Shown here piece after piece: positions 1 through 11,956 of a stretch of DNA of 64,000 nt. Numbering within the stretch: the first letter of the stretch is position 1; each line of letters opens with the position of its first letter. The notes below the pieces were generated by a model, which saw only the letters and a list, made by a program, of their open reading frames with translations, ran no database searches and was not told where the DNA came from. The DNA is from Selaginella moellendorffii (taxonomy: Eukaryota; Plantae; Lycopodiophyta). Location of the stretch: assembly GCF_000143415.4 (NCBI RefSeq), contig NW_003314287.1, positions 1,509,514-1,573,513 of the forward strand, read 5' to 3'. A program made the position numbers and the translations under genes.

Positions 1-2204
1 CGCAGGAGCTGCTCCTTCTGCTCCTCCTCCACGTCGTGGAGCACCTCGCCCGTCACCGCCCGGTACCCCGCGCGCTCGATCGCGCCCATGACGCGCTCCA
101 GCTCCGCGTAGATTGCCTCCGACTGCGGGTGCGAGCGATCGCGCACCACGAACTCGTGCACCTTGCTCCGGATCTCGATCGAGCTCACGCCCGGGATCTT
201 CCGGAGCCCCAGATCGGCCATGATCTTCCTCACCGCCGCAGCATCCTCCCACCGCCCGGCCGCCGAGTAGATGTTGCAAAGCGCGACATAGGCCGCGGTG
301 TGATTCGCCCTGAGCTCCAAGACCCTCTCGGCGGCAAATCTCCCGCGCTCGGTATCGCCGTAGATCCGGCACGCGCCCATCAGGGCCATCCACGTGGCGG
401 CATCGGGCGGCACAGGCATCGCCTGGACGATTCCGTGCGCATCCGCGAGCCGGCCCTTCCGCCCCAGAAGATCCACCATGCATCCGTAGTGCTCGGTCGC
501 GGGAACCACGCCATGGTCCCCCGTCATCGCCGAGAAGTGCTCGCATCCGGCTTCCACGAGCCCGGCGTGGGCGCACGCCGAGAGGAGATTCAAGAAGGCG
601 ACCCTCTCGGCATCGAATCCCTCCTGTAACATCGCCCGGAAGAGATCGCAGCAATCCTCGACGCGGCCGTGCTGCGCGCTCGCGGAGAGCATCGCGTTCC
701 AGGAGATCTCGTCCCTGGCGGGCATTCCATCGAAAGCGTCCCTGGCGTCGCGCAGGCTGCCGCATTGCCCATACATGCTCACGATCGCGTTCCCGAGCGT
801 GACATCGCGATCGAGGCGCCGATCCGCGGCGACGCAGGCGTGGATTTGCCTACCCTCGCTCAGCGCCGCCAGGCTTGCGCACGCATCCAGCGCGGTGATG
901 TAGAGGATCCTGTCGGGCGAGATCCCGCGCTCGATGGCTGCGCCCCAGAGCTTGAACGTCGATCGGCGATCCCGGCACTGCGCGTATACTGCGATCATCG
1001 CAGTGACGAGCGCGGCATCCCATTCGCCCTCCTCGCGCGCCGAGAAGACCCTGATCGCATCCTCTTGGCCATCGCATCTCGCGTAGGCCATCACAAGATC
1101 CGTGACGATGGCTACGTCCGTGGCGACGCCGATCTCTTGGGCGATGGCCTCGACGAGCCGCGCGGTGTGAAGATCCTCGCATCCTTCCAGCGCCGCGAAG
1201 AGAGTGGATCGCGTTGGAACCACGCCCTCGAGCAGCATCGCGTGGAACGTCTCCACGGCTAGCAGATGCCCGATCTGGGCAAATGCTGCGATCATCGATG
1301 TCCACGACACGGCATTCCTCTCGGGCATCGCCGCAAAGAATTCCCTCGCACAATCGATCTCTCCGCAGCGCGCATACGCATTCACCAGAGCAGTAGCCAC
1401 GACGACGTCAGATCCAAGCCCTGTTTCATCGAGGCAGGTGTGGAATCCCTTCACCTGGGAAGCGCGAAGTGATGGCGACGAAGAACACGCCTTGAAGACC
1501 GAGACAAATGTGACGAGATCTGGCGGGATCCCGAGCTGGAGCATCCGATAGAAGATCTCCAGCGCCTCTCTCGGCGATCCATTCTGCGAATTCGCGGTGA
1601 TCATCGCGTTCCACAGCACCACATCCAGATGCCTCTCCAGATGCCCAAACAGGGCATTTGCGTCACGCAGGCTCCCACACCGGCCATACATGCTCACCAG
1701 CGCGCTCGCAACGATCTCCTGGAGTCCCAATCCAGCCTCGACCGCGCAGCGATGGATCAATCGTCCCGCCGCGAGGAATTCCTCGCTCGAGCACGCGCTA
1801 AGCACCGACACAAACACAATAGCATCTAGCGCGATGCCCTCTTGCAAGATTCGATGGAACAGAGCTATGGCGGCCGCCGAATGGCCGCGTGACACGTAAG
1901 CGGATATCAGGACCGTCCAAAGCACGATGCTCTTGTGGGCGATCTTGTGGAAGACGTCTATCGCGCTCTCGAGGCTGCCACACCTGAGATACATGTAAAC
2001 GAGGCTCGAGGCCAAATACCCATCGCGAGACAAGCTCTGGCTACTCGAGATTTTGGAGTGAAGAAGTTTGCCTCTAGCAATCGAGTTACATTCCCGGACG
2101 AGACGAACAGCCGCGGCAGAGTCAAAACTCGAGAGATCCTGCTGCTGCTGCTGGATCCAAAATTGTTGCTGTTGCTCCAATCCTACTAGCTGGGATGATC
2201 GCAT
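1..2204 (-). CDS. PLS-class pentatricopeptide repeat protein with E/E+ and start of DYW domain (organellar RNA editing factor); 3' end outside window
   Basis: Manual translation of minus strand from ATG 2204: MRSSQ...GYLASSLVYMYLRCGSLESA...DVVLWNAMITANSQNG...EHYGCMVDLLGRKGRL...ATWMALMGACRIYGD...RKIPGVSSIEIRSKVHEFVVRDRSHPQ...LHDVEEEQKEQLL. Absent from the ORF track, presumably because its stop lies outside the window. Confidence 0.92.
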   Translation of the reverse strand, partial: MRSSQLVGLEQQQQFWIQQQQQDLSSFDSAAAVRLVRECNSIARGKLLHSKISSSQSLSRDGYLASSLVYMYLRCGSLESAIDVFHKIAHKSIVLWTVLISAYVSRGHSAAAIALFHRILQEGIALDAIVFVSVLSACSSEEFLAAGRLIHRCAVEAGLGLQEIVASALVSMYGRCGSLRDANALFGHLERHLDVVLWNAMITANSQNGSPREALEIFYRMLQLGIPPDLVTFVSVFKACSSSPSLRASQVKGFHTCLDETGLGSDVVVATALVNAYARCGEIDCAREFFAAMPERNAVSWTSMIAAFAQIGHLLAVETFHAMLLEGVVPTRSTLFAALEGCEDLHTARLVEAIAQEIGVATDVAIVTDLVMAYARCDGQEDAIRVFSAREEGEWDAALVTAMIAVYAQCRDRRSTFKLWGAAIERGISPDRILYITALDACASLAALSEGRQIHACVAADRRLDRDVTLGNAIVSMYGQCGSLRDARDAFDGMPARDEISWNAMLSASAQHGRVEDCCDLFRAMLQEGFDAERVAFLNLLSACAHAGLVEAGCEHFSAMTGDHGVVPATEHYGCMVDLLGRKGRLADAHGIVQAMPVPPDAATWMALMGACRIYGDTERGRFAAERVLELRANHTAAYVALCNIYSAAGRWEDAAAVRKIMADLGLRKIPGVSSIEIRSKVHEFVVRDRSHPQSEAIYAELERVMGAIERAGYRAVTGEVLHDVEEEQKEQLL

Positions 2205-2292
2205 TCTAGAGCCACCCGAAGAATATCTTTATCTCTGCCTTGCCAAAAGTTTCGTCGTCGTCCTCACAATCAAAACTGGAATTTTCGTGGAG

Positions 2293-4989
2293 CTAGTACT
2301 TGCGGCCCCCTCTTCCACCGCCACTGTAGCCTCCACGACCTCTTCCACTGCTAAATCCTCCTCTGTTACCTCTTCCACCGCTGTATCCACCTCTGCTGCT
2401 TCCACCACCTCCATAGCCACCACCGCCATATCCACCCCTGTGGAAACGAAACACGAACACGAACACGAACACGTCAGCGAAAACCAGCGCATGAAGGAAT
2501 GTAAAATGCAGTACGTTCTTTCGGGCTTGGCCGTCAGCTCTGGAAGAGCCTCAGGAATTGAGATGGTGAAGTTATCCGCGCCGTCGTTTCCTGATCACGC
2601 AGCAGACTTAGGAACATACGGCAATGAGGTGAATTTGTTTTACCGATCAAAAACTCGTCCACCATTGCGCTGGGAACGTCAAAGACCGCTGCTTTACCGT
2701 CCGCAGTAAGGTTCATGCGCCGAATCGAGGAACTACATTCCTCGCTTAAAAAACCTCGCAACGCATTGAAGATATATCTGTGCTGCAGCGTATTAGAGAA
2801 AAGAATCGACTTTGGAAATTGCAAACGTACCCCACGGAATGTATCGGCTTGGACACTTCGAAAAGTAAAGTTGTAGCGTCGTCATGCGATGTCTGCAATG
2901 ATCTCCTCTTCACTTCAGTGCACCCCTGTCAGAATTTCAAAGCATCAGATATAACATTCATGGTTTAAGAATATTAACGCTTACGGCAATCTTCGCTAGA
3001 GCCTTAGCCAGAAGTTCCATGGCCGGACGCTTGCAATCGCTGACAAGTTGCTCTGCTGCTTCTTTGAAGAAGGGTACTACGCTGAAAGAGTACGATACAT
3101 TTTAGAAATAAATCAAGAGAAGGTTGAGATGTACCTGTCTGAAACTGCTGAAACGGCCTTAATAGCGGTGAATGATGATTCCTTAGCGATTGTAGAGGGC
3201 TGAGGAGGTGTGATCTTTTCGAACTTAAATCCTGCCTTCGCTTCAATCATAGGTATCATATATTCCTTCTTCCGATCGAACATCATCACGGCAATTCCCG
3301 TATTTCCTGAAAATCAAAGTGGGCCATCAGCAAGTTACTATAAAAGGATACTGAACAACATACCCGCTCGCCCCGTCCGACCTGATCGGTGAATGTAAGT
3401 CTCTACATCCTTTGGTGGCTCACACTGCTCATCGAAACTTTACAACCCGTTATGATGCAATAGAGGAAGCAAACCTGGATAATGAGTTGGACGTCATTGA
3501 TATCCAAACCTCGAGCAGCAACATCGGTGGCAACTAGGACAAGGAACTTTGCAGACCGAAATCCAGCTAGAGTGTGCTGTAAAAGAAACGATGTAACGCA
3601 CTGCTGACTATGTAATCCATTCGTTACCTCTCGCTGTGCTTGTGGAATGTCTCCGTGTAATGGCCTAGCGACGTTTGTCCCTAACGAACCAGCAAGCTCG
3701 GAAGCATCATTTTTCGTCTCCGTGAAAACTATAACTCTTCCACCACTGGAAAGAAAGAAAAGGAGAGAACAGATCAGAACAACCTCCCCTAGGAAATGAA
3801 ATGCTTTACCTGCCATAAACCTTAATCACATCTGCTATCATCTGAGACCTCGCAGAATAAGCGCATTGAAGCAGCAAGTGCTTGACATTGTTACTGGCCT
3901 TCATTTTCTCATCTCCAACAAGGTCCACGGTTTTCTTATTTGGTTTAAGAAACCTTGTTGCTATCTGAAGATTAAAAAAAGTTCATTTGAACAGAAAGAT
4001 TCATTTTTATTCCGTCACGCACCTCTTTCACCCAGCTGGGCATAGTAGCACTGAACAAAAGTGTCTGCACGGAGGAGGTATCTTCGACAGCGCCTAAAAT
4101 AGCTTCAACAGCCTCCACAAATCCCATGTTAAGCATCTCATCGGCCTCATCAAGGACTCGGAACTTCAAAGTTTTCAAGTTCAAGTCACCGCGGTCCAGG
4201 AAATCCTGCAAAACCGAAGCCTGGTAAGGATGTCCAGAACAACAAAATCCATTACCTTAATACGTCCAGGAGTCCCAACAACAATGTCCACACCACGACG
4301 CATAGCATTCTGCTGGGGACCATACTGACTTCCACCATAAACACAAATAGTGCTCAAGCCAGCAGCACCTCCGTAGCACTCAAAGTCTGCATGAACCTAT
4401 AGAGAAGAAAGCTTTACTCGCGAGTCATGAAGTTTCCACTTACTTGTTTCGCCAATTCACGAGTTGGAGCAAGAACTAGAACCGTAGGAGCACGTCCATA
4501 ACCTTTTTTCCCCGAAGAAGACTTTCGCAGCGATTCTATGATAGGCAACACAAAAGCTAGCGTTTTTCCCTGGAAAAAAAAAGAACTTTAGGCGCTCTAA
4601 AGCTACAACGAAGGACTTACTTGGCCAGTGCGCGCTCTTCCAACCAGATCATCGCCATCCAGGACGATGTCAAAGCTCTGAGCTTGAATTTGGAACAAGG
4701 CCTTGATCCCTTTCTCCCTGAGCATCCCCTTGACAGCGTCCGAGATCCGGAAATTCTCCAGCGCGTAGGGATTCTCGACATCAATGTCGCTCTTCTCCGG
4801 GCTCGACGGCACCTCGGATTTCTTGCGCTTCTTCTCTGGCTCCTCGCCCTCTTTCTTCTTCCTCTTCTTCTCCTTCTTCTCGGACGAATCCATCTCCTTC
4901 TTCTTATCCGCCAAATCCTCCGCCGCAGCTGCCTTGAGCTTCTTCGGCTTCTGCTTCACGATCTCTGGCTCAACCTCCACTCCCGGCAT
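2293..4989 (-). CDS. RH7: DEAD-box RNA helicase 7 (DDX21/50-like, GUCT domain, RGG tail), multi-exon
   Basis: Lys-rich N-terminus, Q motif (LFQIQAQSF), [44 protein letters not shown]; last exon GGYGGG...RGGRKY* with TAG at 2293-2295. Confidence 0.93.
2451..2473. repeat. (ACACGA)n hexamer microsatellite in last RH7 intron
   Basis: acacgaacacgaacacgaacacg. Confidence 0.8.
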
Positions 4990-5510
4990 CGTAGCAGCGA
5001 TGCCAAAGACCTAGAACACACCTCTAGAACCCTAATTCCTCTCTCTTTTGGCGGCTAAAAGGGGAAAAGCGCGACGACACGTCAGCCCTATGATTTAGAA
5101 GTGATTAAGTTAGTACAAAGTTAAACAAACTCGTTAAACTGAAATTAACAAATAACTTATTCTTCTCACTGGGCTGTGCTTCGTCGCCTGGGAACGTTAC
5201 AACCGGGGCAGCGGGAGGAGAGGTTCCAAATTGTACACCAAAACTCGTCGCAAGAGAGAATTTTTTTTTGTTGTTCTTCCGCCATTAAAGTCCATCCCTG
5301 CCCCTAGAAACTTTTTTTTTCCTTCTTCCTCCTGTTGTCAGGACCAAGCAGCACTAAAAACGAGAAATCTCTCCAAAGAACGAACAAAGGATCCAATCCA
5401 ACCAACGATGAAGCTCTCTCTGTCGCCCCCTTGATGAAAAGCTCAGTCCAGAGATATCTACACGGAGCAGCATCCATTCTTCCTCCTCCTCCTCCTCCAC
5501 CCCGGGAAGC

Positions 5511-6533
5511 TCAATCGTCTACAAGTCTCCACCCCGGCACTGGGATCTCTAGCAACTGTTGCTCCGTCAATCCGCCAGGGCCGGCCTTTGCCACGGCCTT
5601 GGCAACCGCGGCGGTGGCTTTCACCTGTGCCTTCTTAGGCTCCTTCGAAGCCTTTGAAACTTTGAGCTTTGTGGTGGCGACAAGTACCTCGTCAGCGGGC
5701 TCTTCCGTGCCATTGGTGGTGGTCTCGCTCGGGTCCCTCTTGATCGCTACCACCGCGTCCGCTACCACCGCAGTGCTCGTAGTTACCAGCGCGTTGCTCA
5801 TCGTATTCGTTTTGTTGTCGTGCCTCTCCTCGTCTGGCATGTCTGTGTTCTCGGCGGAACTAGAGCTAGTAAGCTCTGCTTTTTCGTCGGTCTCTTTGGA
5901 GGGAGACCTCGAGAGAGACCTGTCAAACTCCCCCGAGTTAGTGAAAAAGAAAGAAGAAAGAAAAATCTTAACTGGTAGTGGAACGGACAGCTTCTACCTC
6001 CATATCCAACACGCTTTATCATTTTCCTCTTGAGCAGTCTGCGAGTTCTCAGGCAAGAAAAACAATGTTAATACACAAGACTGCAAAGAACGCACATTTT
6101 CTAGTCCTTACAGTCTGAGAGCTTTGCTCGTGTCTGGATTGTTTCCCAGTGCCTCACGGATCACCTTCTCGGTAAGGGTCGCATTTCCAATAAGTTGAAG
6201 CACGCGGTAAGAACAGCGCAGCACGCGACTTTGTTTCCAGCCCTCCTCGTCAAGATCTGCCTTAAGGAAATCTCCATTGCTACTGGAAGGGCTCACAGTC
6301 ATTTCGGACTTCCCCTGGTTCTTCTGCAAGAAAGAAAAAGAAAAAAGAGAGTCAACAGAGCGCCAAATGCACCTCTAGATCATCACACCACACAGAAACC
6401 AAGCCCTATGGCCGTCTAGATCCCTATCTACTGTAGAAAAGCCGCGCAAGAAGGCCACAAAACCTCACATTCTCCCGGATTTACAGACCTTACGGACGCC
6501 CAGTCGATTCCTCGGCGCAAACCGCGATGGCAT
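5511..6533 (-). CDS. Uncharacterised plant protein with small HTH-type domain, about 4 exons
   Basis: Spliced reading MPSRFAPRNRLGVRK|KNQG...TEKVIREALGNNPDTSKALR|LLKRKMIKRVGYGGRSCPFHYQ|SLSRSPSK...EIPVPGWRLVDD*. The LG.xPDTSKALR..G.GGR..P..Y motif resembles a plant HTH family. Start exon is less certain. Confidence 0.7.
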
Positions 6534-6660
6534 TTGAAGCTTTTCTCAGGCGCTGCAGCGAATTCCCAGCCGGCACACCATGCGACATCCACAATCTAGG
6601 GCCGCGACGCGCCGAGCTAGAACCCTACCGCTGGAAGAAGAAATTTCGGAATGGAATCAC

Positions 6661-6746
6661 AAACCCTAGCTGCGGCAAAGCGCATTATATACCTGGAGGG
6701 AAACCTGGAGATAGACTGGGGATGAAATGGCTTAGGGTTTAGGGTT
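6661..6746. promoter_or_regulatory. Telo-box motifs in the divergent HTH/PATROL1 promoter
   Basis: aaaccctag at 6661; ttagggtttagggtt at about 6732-6746. Confidence 0.5.
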
Positions 6747-7152
6747 CTGTACAGGCCATACGCCATGGACGATCCGACTGCAGAGTTTTCAACCAACGGT
6801 CCAGATCGATCGCATCTGCGGCGAATATGCTACCGGATTGGCACGGCTCGAATCGTCCTGTGAGGGGAAAACATTCTGTCTTATCAGAGGCTGACACGCG
6901 TCTCGTGCTGGGCTGTCAAATGTTCCACACGCACAGGTCTTTCTTCTTTGCTGGTAAAAGGAGTGCTTAAATCCTTTGTTCTAGGGTTTGGGGCTCGAGG
7001 GGGGCCAAGCGCGTCGTGGAGTAGCGACGAGGTCAAGTAACGCCTCCAAGCGGTATGATCATTCCCCTCACAGCTCGGAATCCACGGATTATCTGAGCTA
7101 CATTGCGATCGCTGTCGCGAGAGGCTGTGATTTCGGGTAGATCTTGGCGAGA

Positions 7153-10100
7153 ATGAATCGATTTCTCTCTAAATCCAAGAGTATGGAGACTGGTAGCAGG
7201 AGATCGACGGAAATTGGGCCCGGGTTGCCACCGCTGGATGTGAACTTGTCCGAGAGCGCTCTCAAGGAAGCCGCGTATGAAATTATCCTGGTAGCATCGG
7301 GTTCCATCGCCGCCAGGGCGCTGGTTTACACAGGGATCAAGAAGAGCACGAGTTTGAACAAGCCTGCCGAGAAATCAGCCACGGCTATGGCTGCCAGTCG
7401 AATGAAGAAAGCTCTGGGGCTTAGATCTAAACGCGACAGTGACAGTCAAGGAAAAGCCAAGCAGCCGATAGAGCGTCTGAGAATTCAATTAGGTGTATCG
7501 GAGAAAGTGGATGCCAGAGTGAGACGAGCACTGACGAGAGCTACAGCAGGACAGGTATGGAAATCCCGTTCCAAGCTTTTACTCCTTTGCTTAAGCTCTT
7601 TAAGCCCACCTTTCCTCTTTTTGTTGATGCAGACTGGAAAGTCTCTCGTTGTTCCCGTGGAGCTTCTCCAGAACATTGGCTCCACCGATTTTTTTGAGAG
7701 CGAGGAATACAACCAGTGGCGAAGTTCTCAGCTAGACGTTCTGGAGGCCGGTTTGCTTTGCCATCCTAAGATCGATTTGGACAAACGTGAGCTTGGAGCG
7801 CAGCGCTTGAAGCAGGTGCTGTTTGAAGCCAGGCAAACTCCGTTTGAGACCGGTCGGAATAGCGAACGCATGCAAGCGTTGAGAAGCGCAGCTATGGCCT
7901 TAGCAAGCAGGGGAGACGATGGTATCCATTGGGCAGATGGCTATCCTTTCAACGTCCACCTTTACCAGGTGTTACTGCAGTGCTGCTTCGACACACAGGA
8001 TCCGAGTGCTGTCATCGACGAGATGGATGAGTTGGTGGACTTGCTCAAAAATGGCTGGAGTATACTTGGCATCGATCAGAAAGTTCACAACATCTGCTTC
8101 CTGTGGGTTTTGTTCCGACAGTTCTTCGTCACGGGCGAGACTGAGCTGGAACTTCTAGGTGCTGCTCAGACTCAGTTGAATGAAGTTTCTAAGGATGCCA
8201 AGAACGAACGGGATGCCATTTATATCCAGCTTCTGAGCTCGGCTTTGTCGGGGATGCAACAGTCAGTTGAGAAGAGGCTCTTTTCGTACCACGACGCGTT
8301 TCCAGTTGGAGGTGCCGGACTCATGGACAAGCTGATCCCGTACGCCCTCGCTGCTGCTCAGATCTTGCACGAGGACATCTCTCAAGAGTATCGCCGAAGA
8401 CGGACGGAGCAAGTGAACGTGGCGGCCACCAGGATTGATGCCTACATACGTTCCTCGGTTAGGAGTGCTTTCGCAATGGTAAGTTCCTGTCTGTTCTGAG
8501 GTACTGTTTGTTTAGCTAACTACTGTTAATTGGACGCAGATGATGGAGCAAGTTGATTCCAAGAGAAAGTTGGCCAAAACTCAGACTCCGGCGCTTGCTG
8601 TCCTTGCAAAAGATACTATGGATCTTCTCCGAAATGAGAAGGCAAAGTACAGTCCAATCTTCAGTCAGTGGCATCCCAATCCTGGGGGTGTGGCAGCTGC
8701 GACTCTCCACGCGTGCTACCACAGGGAACTTAAACAGTACTTGACTGGACTCAAAATTCTCACTCCCGAATCCGTAGAGGTTCTGAAGTCGGCAGACCAG
8801 CTGGAGAAAGAGCTCGTTCAGGCCGTCGTCGAGGACGCGGTTGACTGTGACGACGGAGGAAAGGGCCTCATTCGAGAAATGCCTCCTTTTGAAGGTGATT
8901 CCACTGTAGCGGCCTTGACAAAACAGTGGGTGCAATCGAGCATCGAACGCCTCGGGGAGTGGGCGGAAAGAAACATGGCAAAAGAGGTTTTGTTTCTGAA
9001 GCGTGTCTCCACTTTGGCTGACGCTTTGTGGCCTGTCTGTAGGACTGGAATCCAAATGCAATGCGTGAGCATTATGCGCCATCAGTAGTGGAGCTGTTGC
9101 GGCTGATCGAAGAGACCTTGGACGCTTTCTACGTGCTCCCCATCTCGCCTCCAAAGGACGTTGTCCAGGACCTTGCTTCCGGGGTGGACCGAGTTTTGTA
9201 TCGATATGTTGCTCACGCCGTCTCCAACTGCGGTAAGCTATTATTTTGCGGGCCAACCAAGGAAACTTTCGGACTGATATCTTATGTTTCTTTGTGGTTT
9301 TCGTAGAATCCAAGACAAATCCCCGTTTGCCGCCTTTAACGCGATGGAACAAAGATCTCCATGCAAAGAGCAGCTTATCCTGGTTCAAAAAGGACAAAAG
9401 GAAGGGACAGGTAGAGCCCAGGAATGGCGTCCAGCACGTCGACACGACCGAGCTGCAGCACCTCTGCGTTCGCATAAATACGCTGTATCATCTGGAGTCT
9501 GAGCTCGAGTTTATGGACAAGCGCATACGAGCCGGGTGGCAGGACAACAGCGTGAAGCGAGACTCCGAGCCACAATCCAAAAAGCAGCCGGGCAAATCTC
9601 CAGACGCCAGCGGCGATCAGGCAAAGTTTGAAAGAGCACGGTCGAGCTGTAAAGAAGGCATCCAGAAGCTGACCGAGGCCGGCGTCCACCGCGCCGTTTT
9701 CCAAGACATGAGGGCGGTGCTGTGGGACGGACTGTACGCCGGGGGCGTGGCAAACGCTCGGGTGGACCAGGTGATCCATCAGCTGGATGCGCAGCTGGAA
9801 GTCATCGCGTCGACCGTTTCGGGGCGGCTCCGGAACAAGCTCGTGACGGCGCTCATGAGGTGCTGCTTCGACGCATTCTCGCTGGTGATCCTTGGCGGCG
9901 GGCCGTCAAGAGCGTTCCAAGCCGCGGACGCGGCGATGCTGGAGGAGGACCTGGCGGCGCTACGGGAGCTGTTCAAGGCCGACGGCGACGGGCTCCCGGC
10001 GGAGGTGGTGGACAGGTACTCGTCGTGCGCAGCGCAAGTTCTCCCGCTCTTCGCCATGGAGACTGGCGAGCTCATCGACAGGCTCAAGTCGCTCGACGGC

Positions 10101-10262
10101 GGCGGCAGATCGAGGGGCTCCTCCTCCGCTCCCGTGCCGCCCAATCCCAAGAGCTGGAGCCCATCGGATCCAAACACAGTGCTGCGAGTTCTCTGCCACC
10201 GCGCGGACGAGACGGCCTCCAAGTTCCTCAAGAAGGCGTACGGCCTTCCCAAGAGAGTGTGA
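7153..10262 (+). CDS. PATROL1: Protein unc-13 homolog / PATROL1-like (DUF810, MHD1-MHD2), multi-exon
   Basis: LKEAAYEIILVA, HWADGYPFNVHLYQVLL, AYIRSSVRSAF, LCVRINTL, FKADGDGLP, WSPSDPNTVLRVLCHRADETASKFLKKAY across ORFs 7144-8499, 8540-9088, 9061-9306 and 9246-10262 joined by GT-AG introns. Confidence 0.9.
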
Positions 10263-10295
10263 TCTCCCGTACTAGCCCGATTTTTTGTATATAGA

Positions 10296-10389
10296 GGATA
10301 TTCTTTAGAATGTTGCTTGACGGACTAAGCTTTAACGCTGGCGGTATATTCTGCGCGGCTTTTTCGCGCCGTATATACCCCGTATATGC
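10296..10389. promoter_or_regulatory. Cluster of 4 P1BS (GNATATNC) elements upstream of CYSTM
   Basis: GGATATTC 10296, GTATATTC 10344, GTATATAC 10371, GTATATGC 10382. Confidence 0.7.
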
Positions 10390-10657
10390 CCTAGCTCTCG
10401 TCGCTCTCCGTGTTGCGTGTCCGATCGTTTTCTTATTTCTTCGCTCCCCGGTCTTCGCTGCGCCTTCCTTTGTGTGTCGGCTATTTTCCAGGGAGGGTTA
10501 GATCTGGATTGTCAATCCCTCGCCGCGGCACTGTAGAAATCTACGATCCACGGCGCGCTAGAAATTCTAATCTTCGCTAGAGCGAGCTTATTGATTGGCT
10601 GGTTGCTTGATTCGAGCGTTCTTACGCGATCTTTTCGATTCTTTCTTGCTCGGGGGA

Positions 10658-11168
10658 ATGGCGGAGGATCCCAAATATGCCTATCCCGCGCAGCCGGCGT
10701 ATGGCTATCCCCCCCAACAAGGTATGCGTAATCTTCCCTCTTGCCTCTCTTGTTCTTCCAGCATTTCCATTCGCCGCTAGAAATCTTTTTCTTGGAGTTT
10801 GTGGCTTTCGATTCCTACGATCATGATCTTTACTCTCTTGCGGATTTGTCTCCAGGGTATCCGCCACAGGGCTATCCCCCGCAAGGCTACCCGAATCAAG
10901 CGCAGGGAGGATACTACCAGCAGCCACCGCCAGTAGTTCCACCGCCGCAGTATCAACAACAAGCTCCTCCGCGCAAGAACAACAGCAATTTCTTGACTGG
11001 ATGGTAAGCTTTCGATCGATCGCTCGAGCTTTTCCATTTTCTCATCTGGATTGGATGGAGCCTGACACCATCGATTTTTAATTTCTTCCCTGTAGCTTGG
11101 CCGCGATGTGCTGCTGCTGCCTCTTGGATGACTGCTGTTGCGACCCCACTCTCTTGATCATCGACTGA
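10658..11168 (+). CDS. Cysteine-rich transmembrane (CYSTM) domain protein, 3 coding exons
   Basis: MAEDPKYAYPAQPAYGYPPQQ|GYPPQGYPPQGYP...NFLTG|CLAAMCCCCLLDDCCCDPTLLIID*. Confidence 0.9.
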
Positions 11169-11309
11169 GAAGAAGTCGAAGATGAAATAACGCGAGATGC
11201 GATCCATCCATCTATCCGTGTGTAATTTATTTAGAAATTTATCAAATCAAAATTTTAGGGTTCTTGGGCAAAGTTTAGGGCTCTTGGGTGAAGTTTTAGG
11301 GTTTTGTGC

Positions 11310-11871
11310 ATGGAGCTCTCGTCCGAGCAGCTCCAGCGCAAGGTCGAGGCGGTGGAATTCGCCGCCGAGGAGCTCCTGATCGCCAGGCGCCAGGTAAATC
11401 TCCGGGAATGCGGCCGCGGAGAAGTTGATACCTCGATCGCAGCTTGTGGAGAGCGACAAATCGCGGAATGGGACGCGGGAGGCGCTCACGGCGCTGCGCA
11501 GGCAGGCGCGGACGTCCAAGAGCAGCGTCCTGAGCAGTGAGAGCGACGAGAAGATCTGCCGGACCTGTGGTGATTCCGATGGATCGCGCCCCGTCTGGAG
11601 CTTGTGCCCGGGGGCCGACGTCTTCGTACGCTTGCCCTTTCATCAAGTGCATTGCAATCTGGAAAGAGGTGGGACACTACTTTTTGGTATCCTTGATTGT
11701 TTTCTCATTTTTTTAGTGTTTCCAGCGCAAGTGGAGCTCGAGACAGACGTGAATCGATTGCAGAGCACTGTCAAGGAGAAGACGTTTCTTTTGTCTGAGA
11801 AAGGAGCCATCGCGGATGTGGTCAGCCCGAGCTTAGTGGAGAGCTTTGTCAAGCTCAAGGATCGGCATTGA
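11310..11871 (+). CDS. PDRG1: p53 and DNA damage-regulated protein 1 (prefoldin-like subunit), 3 exons
   Basis: MELSSEQLQRKVEAVEFAAEELLIARRQ|LVESDKSRNGTREALTALR...CRTCG...DVFVRLPFH...|VNRLQSTVKEK...FVKLKDRH*; 49-nt first intron 11394-11442; telo-box TAGGGTTT just upstream. Confidence 0.85.
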
Positions 11872-11956
11872 GTTAAGTTCTTCGCAATACACAATAGTTA
11901 TAGCGATCTCGTTTTGCGAGATTTACACTTACATTGTTTGATGGTCAGGGCGAATC

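Noticed and set aside
36-2189. Plus-strand ORFs of up to 197 aa
   Set aside because: Antisense shadows of the GC-rich minus-strand PPR gene.
6823-6830. Isolated P1BS matches (also about 13049, 19428, 47932, 55940)
   Set aside because: Single 8-mers are expected roughly every 4 kb; only clusters were reported.
8516-9475. 319-aa minus-strand ORF
   Set aside because: Antisense to PATROL1 exons, with no recognisable motifs.
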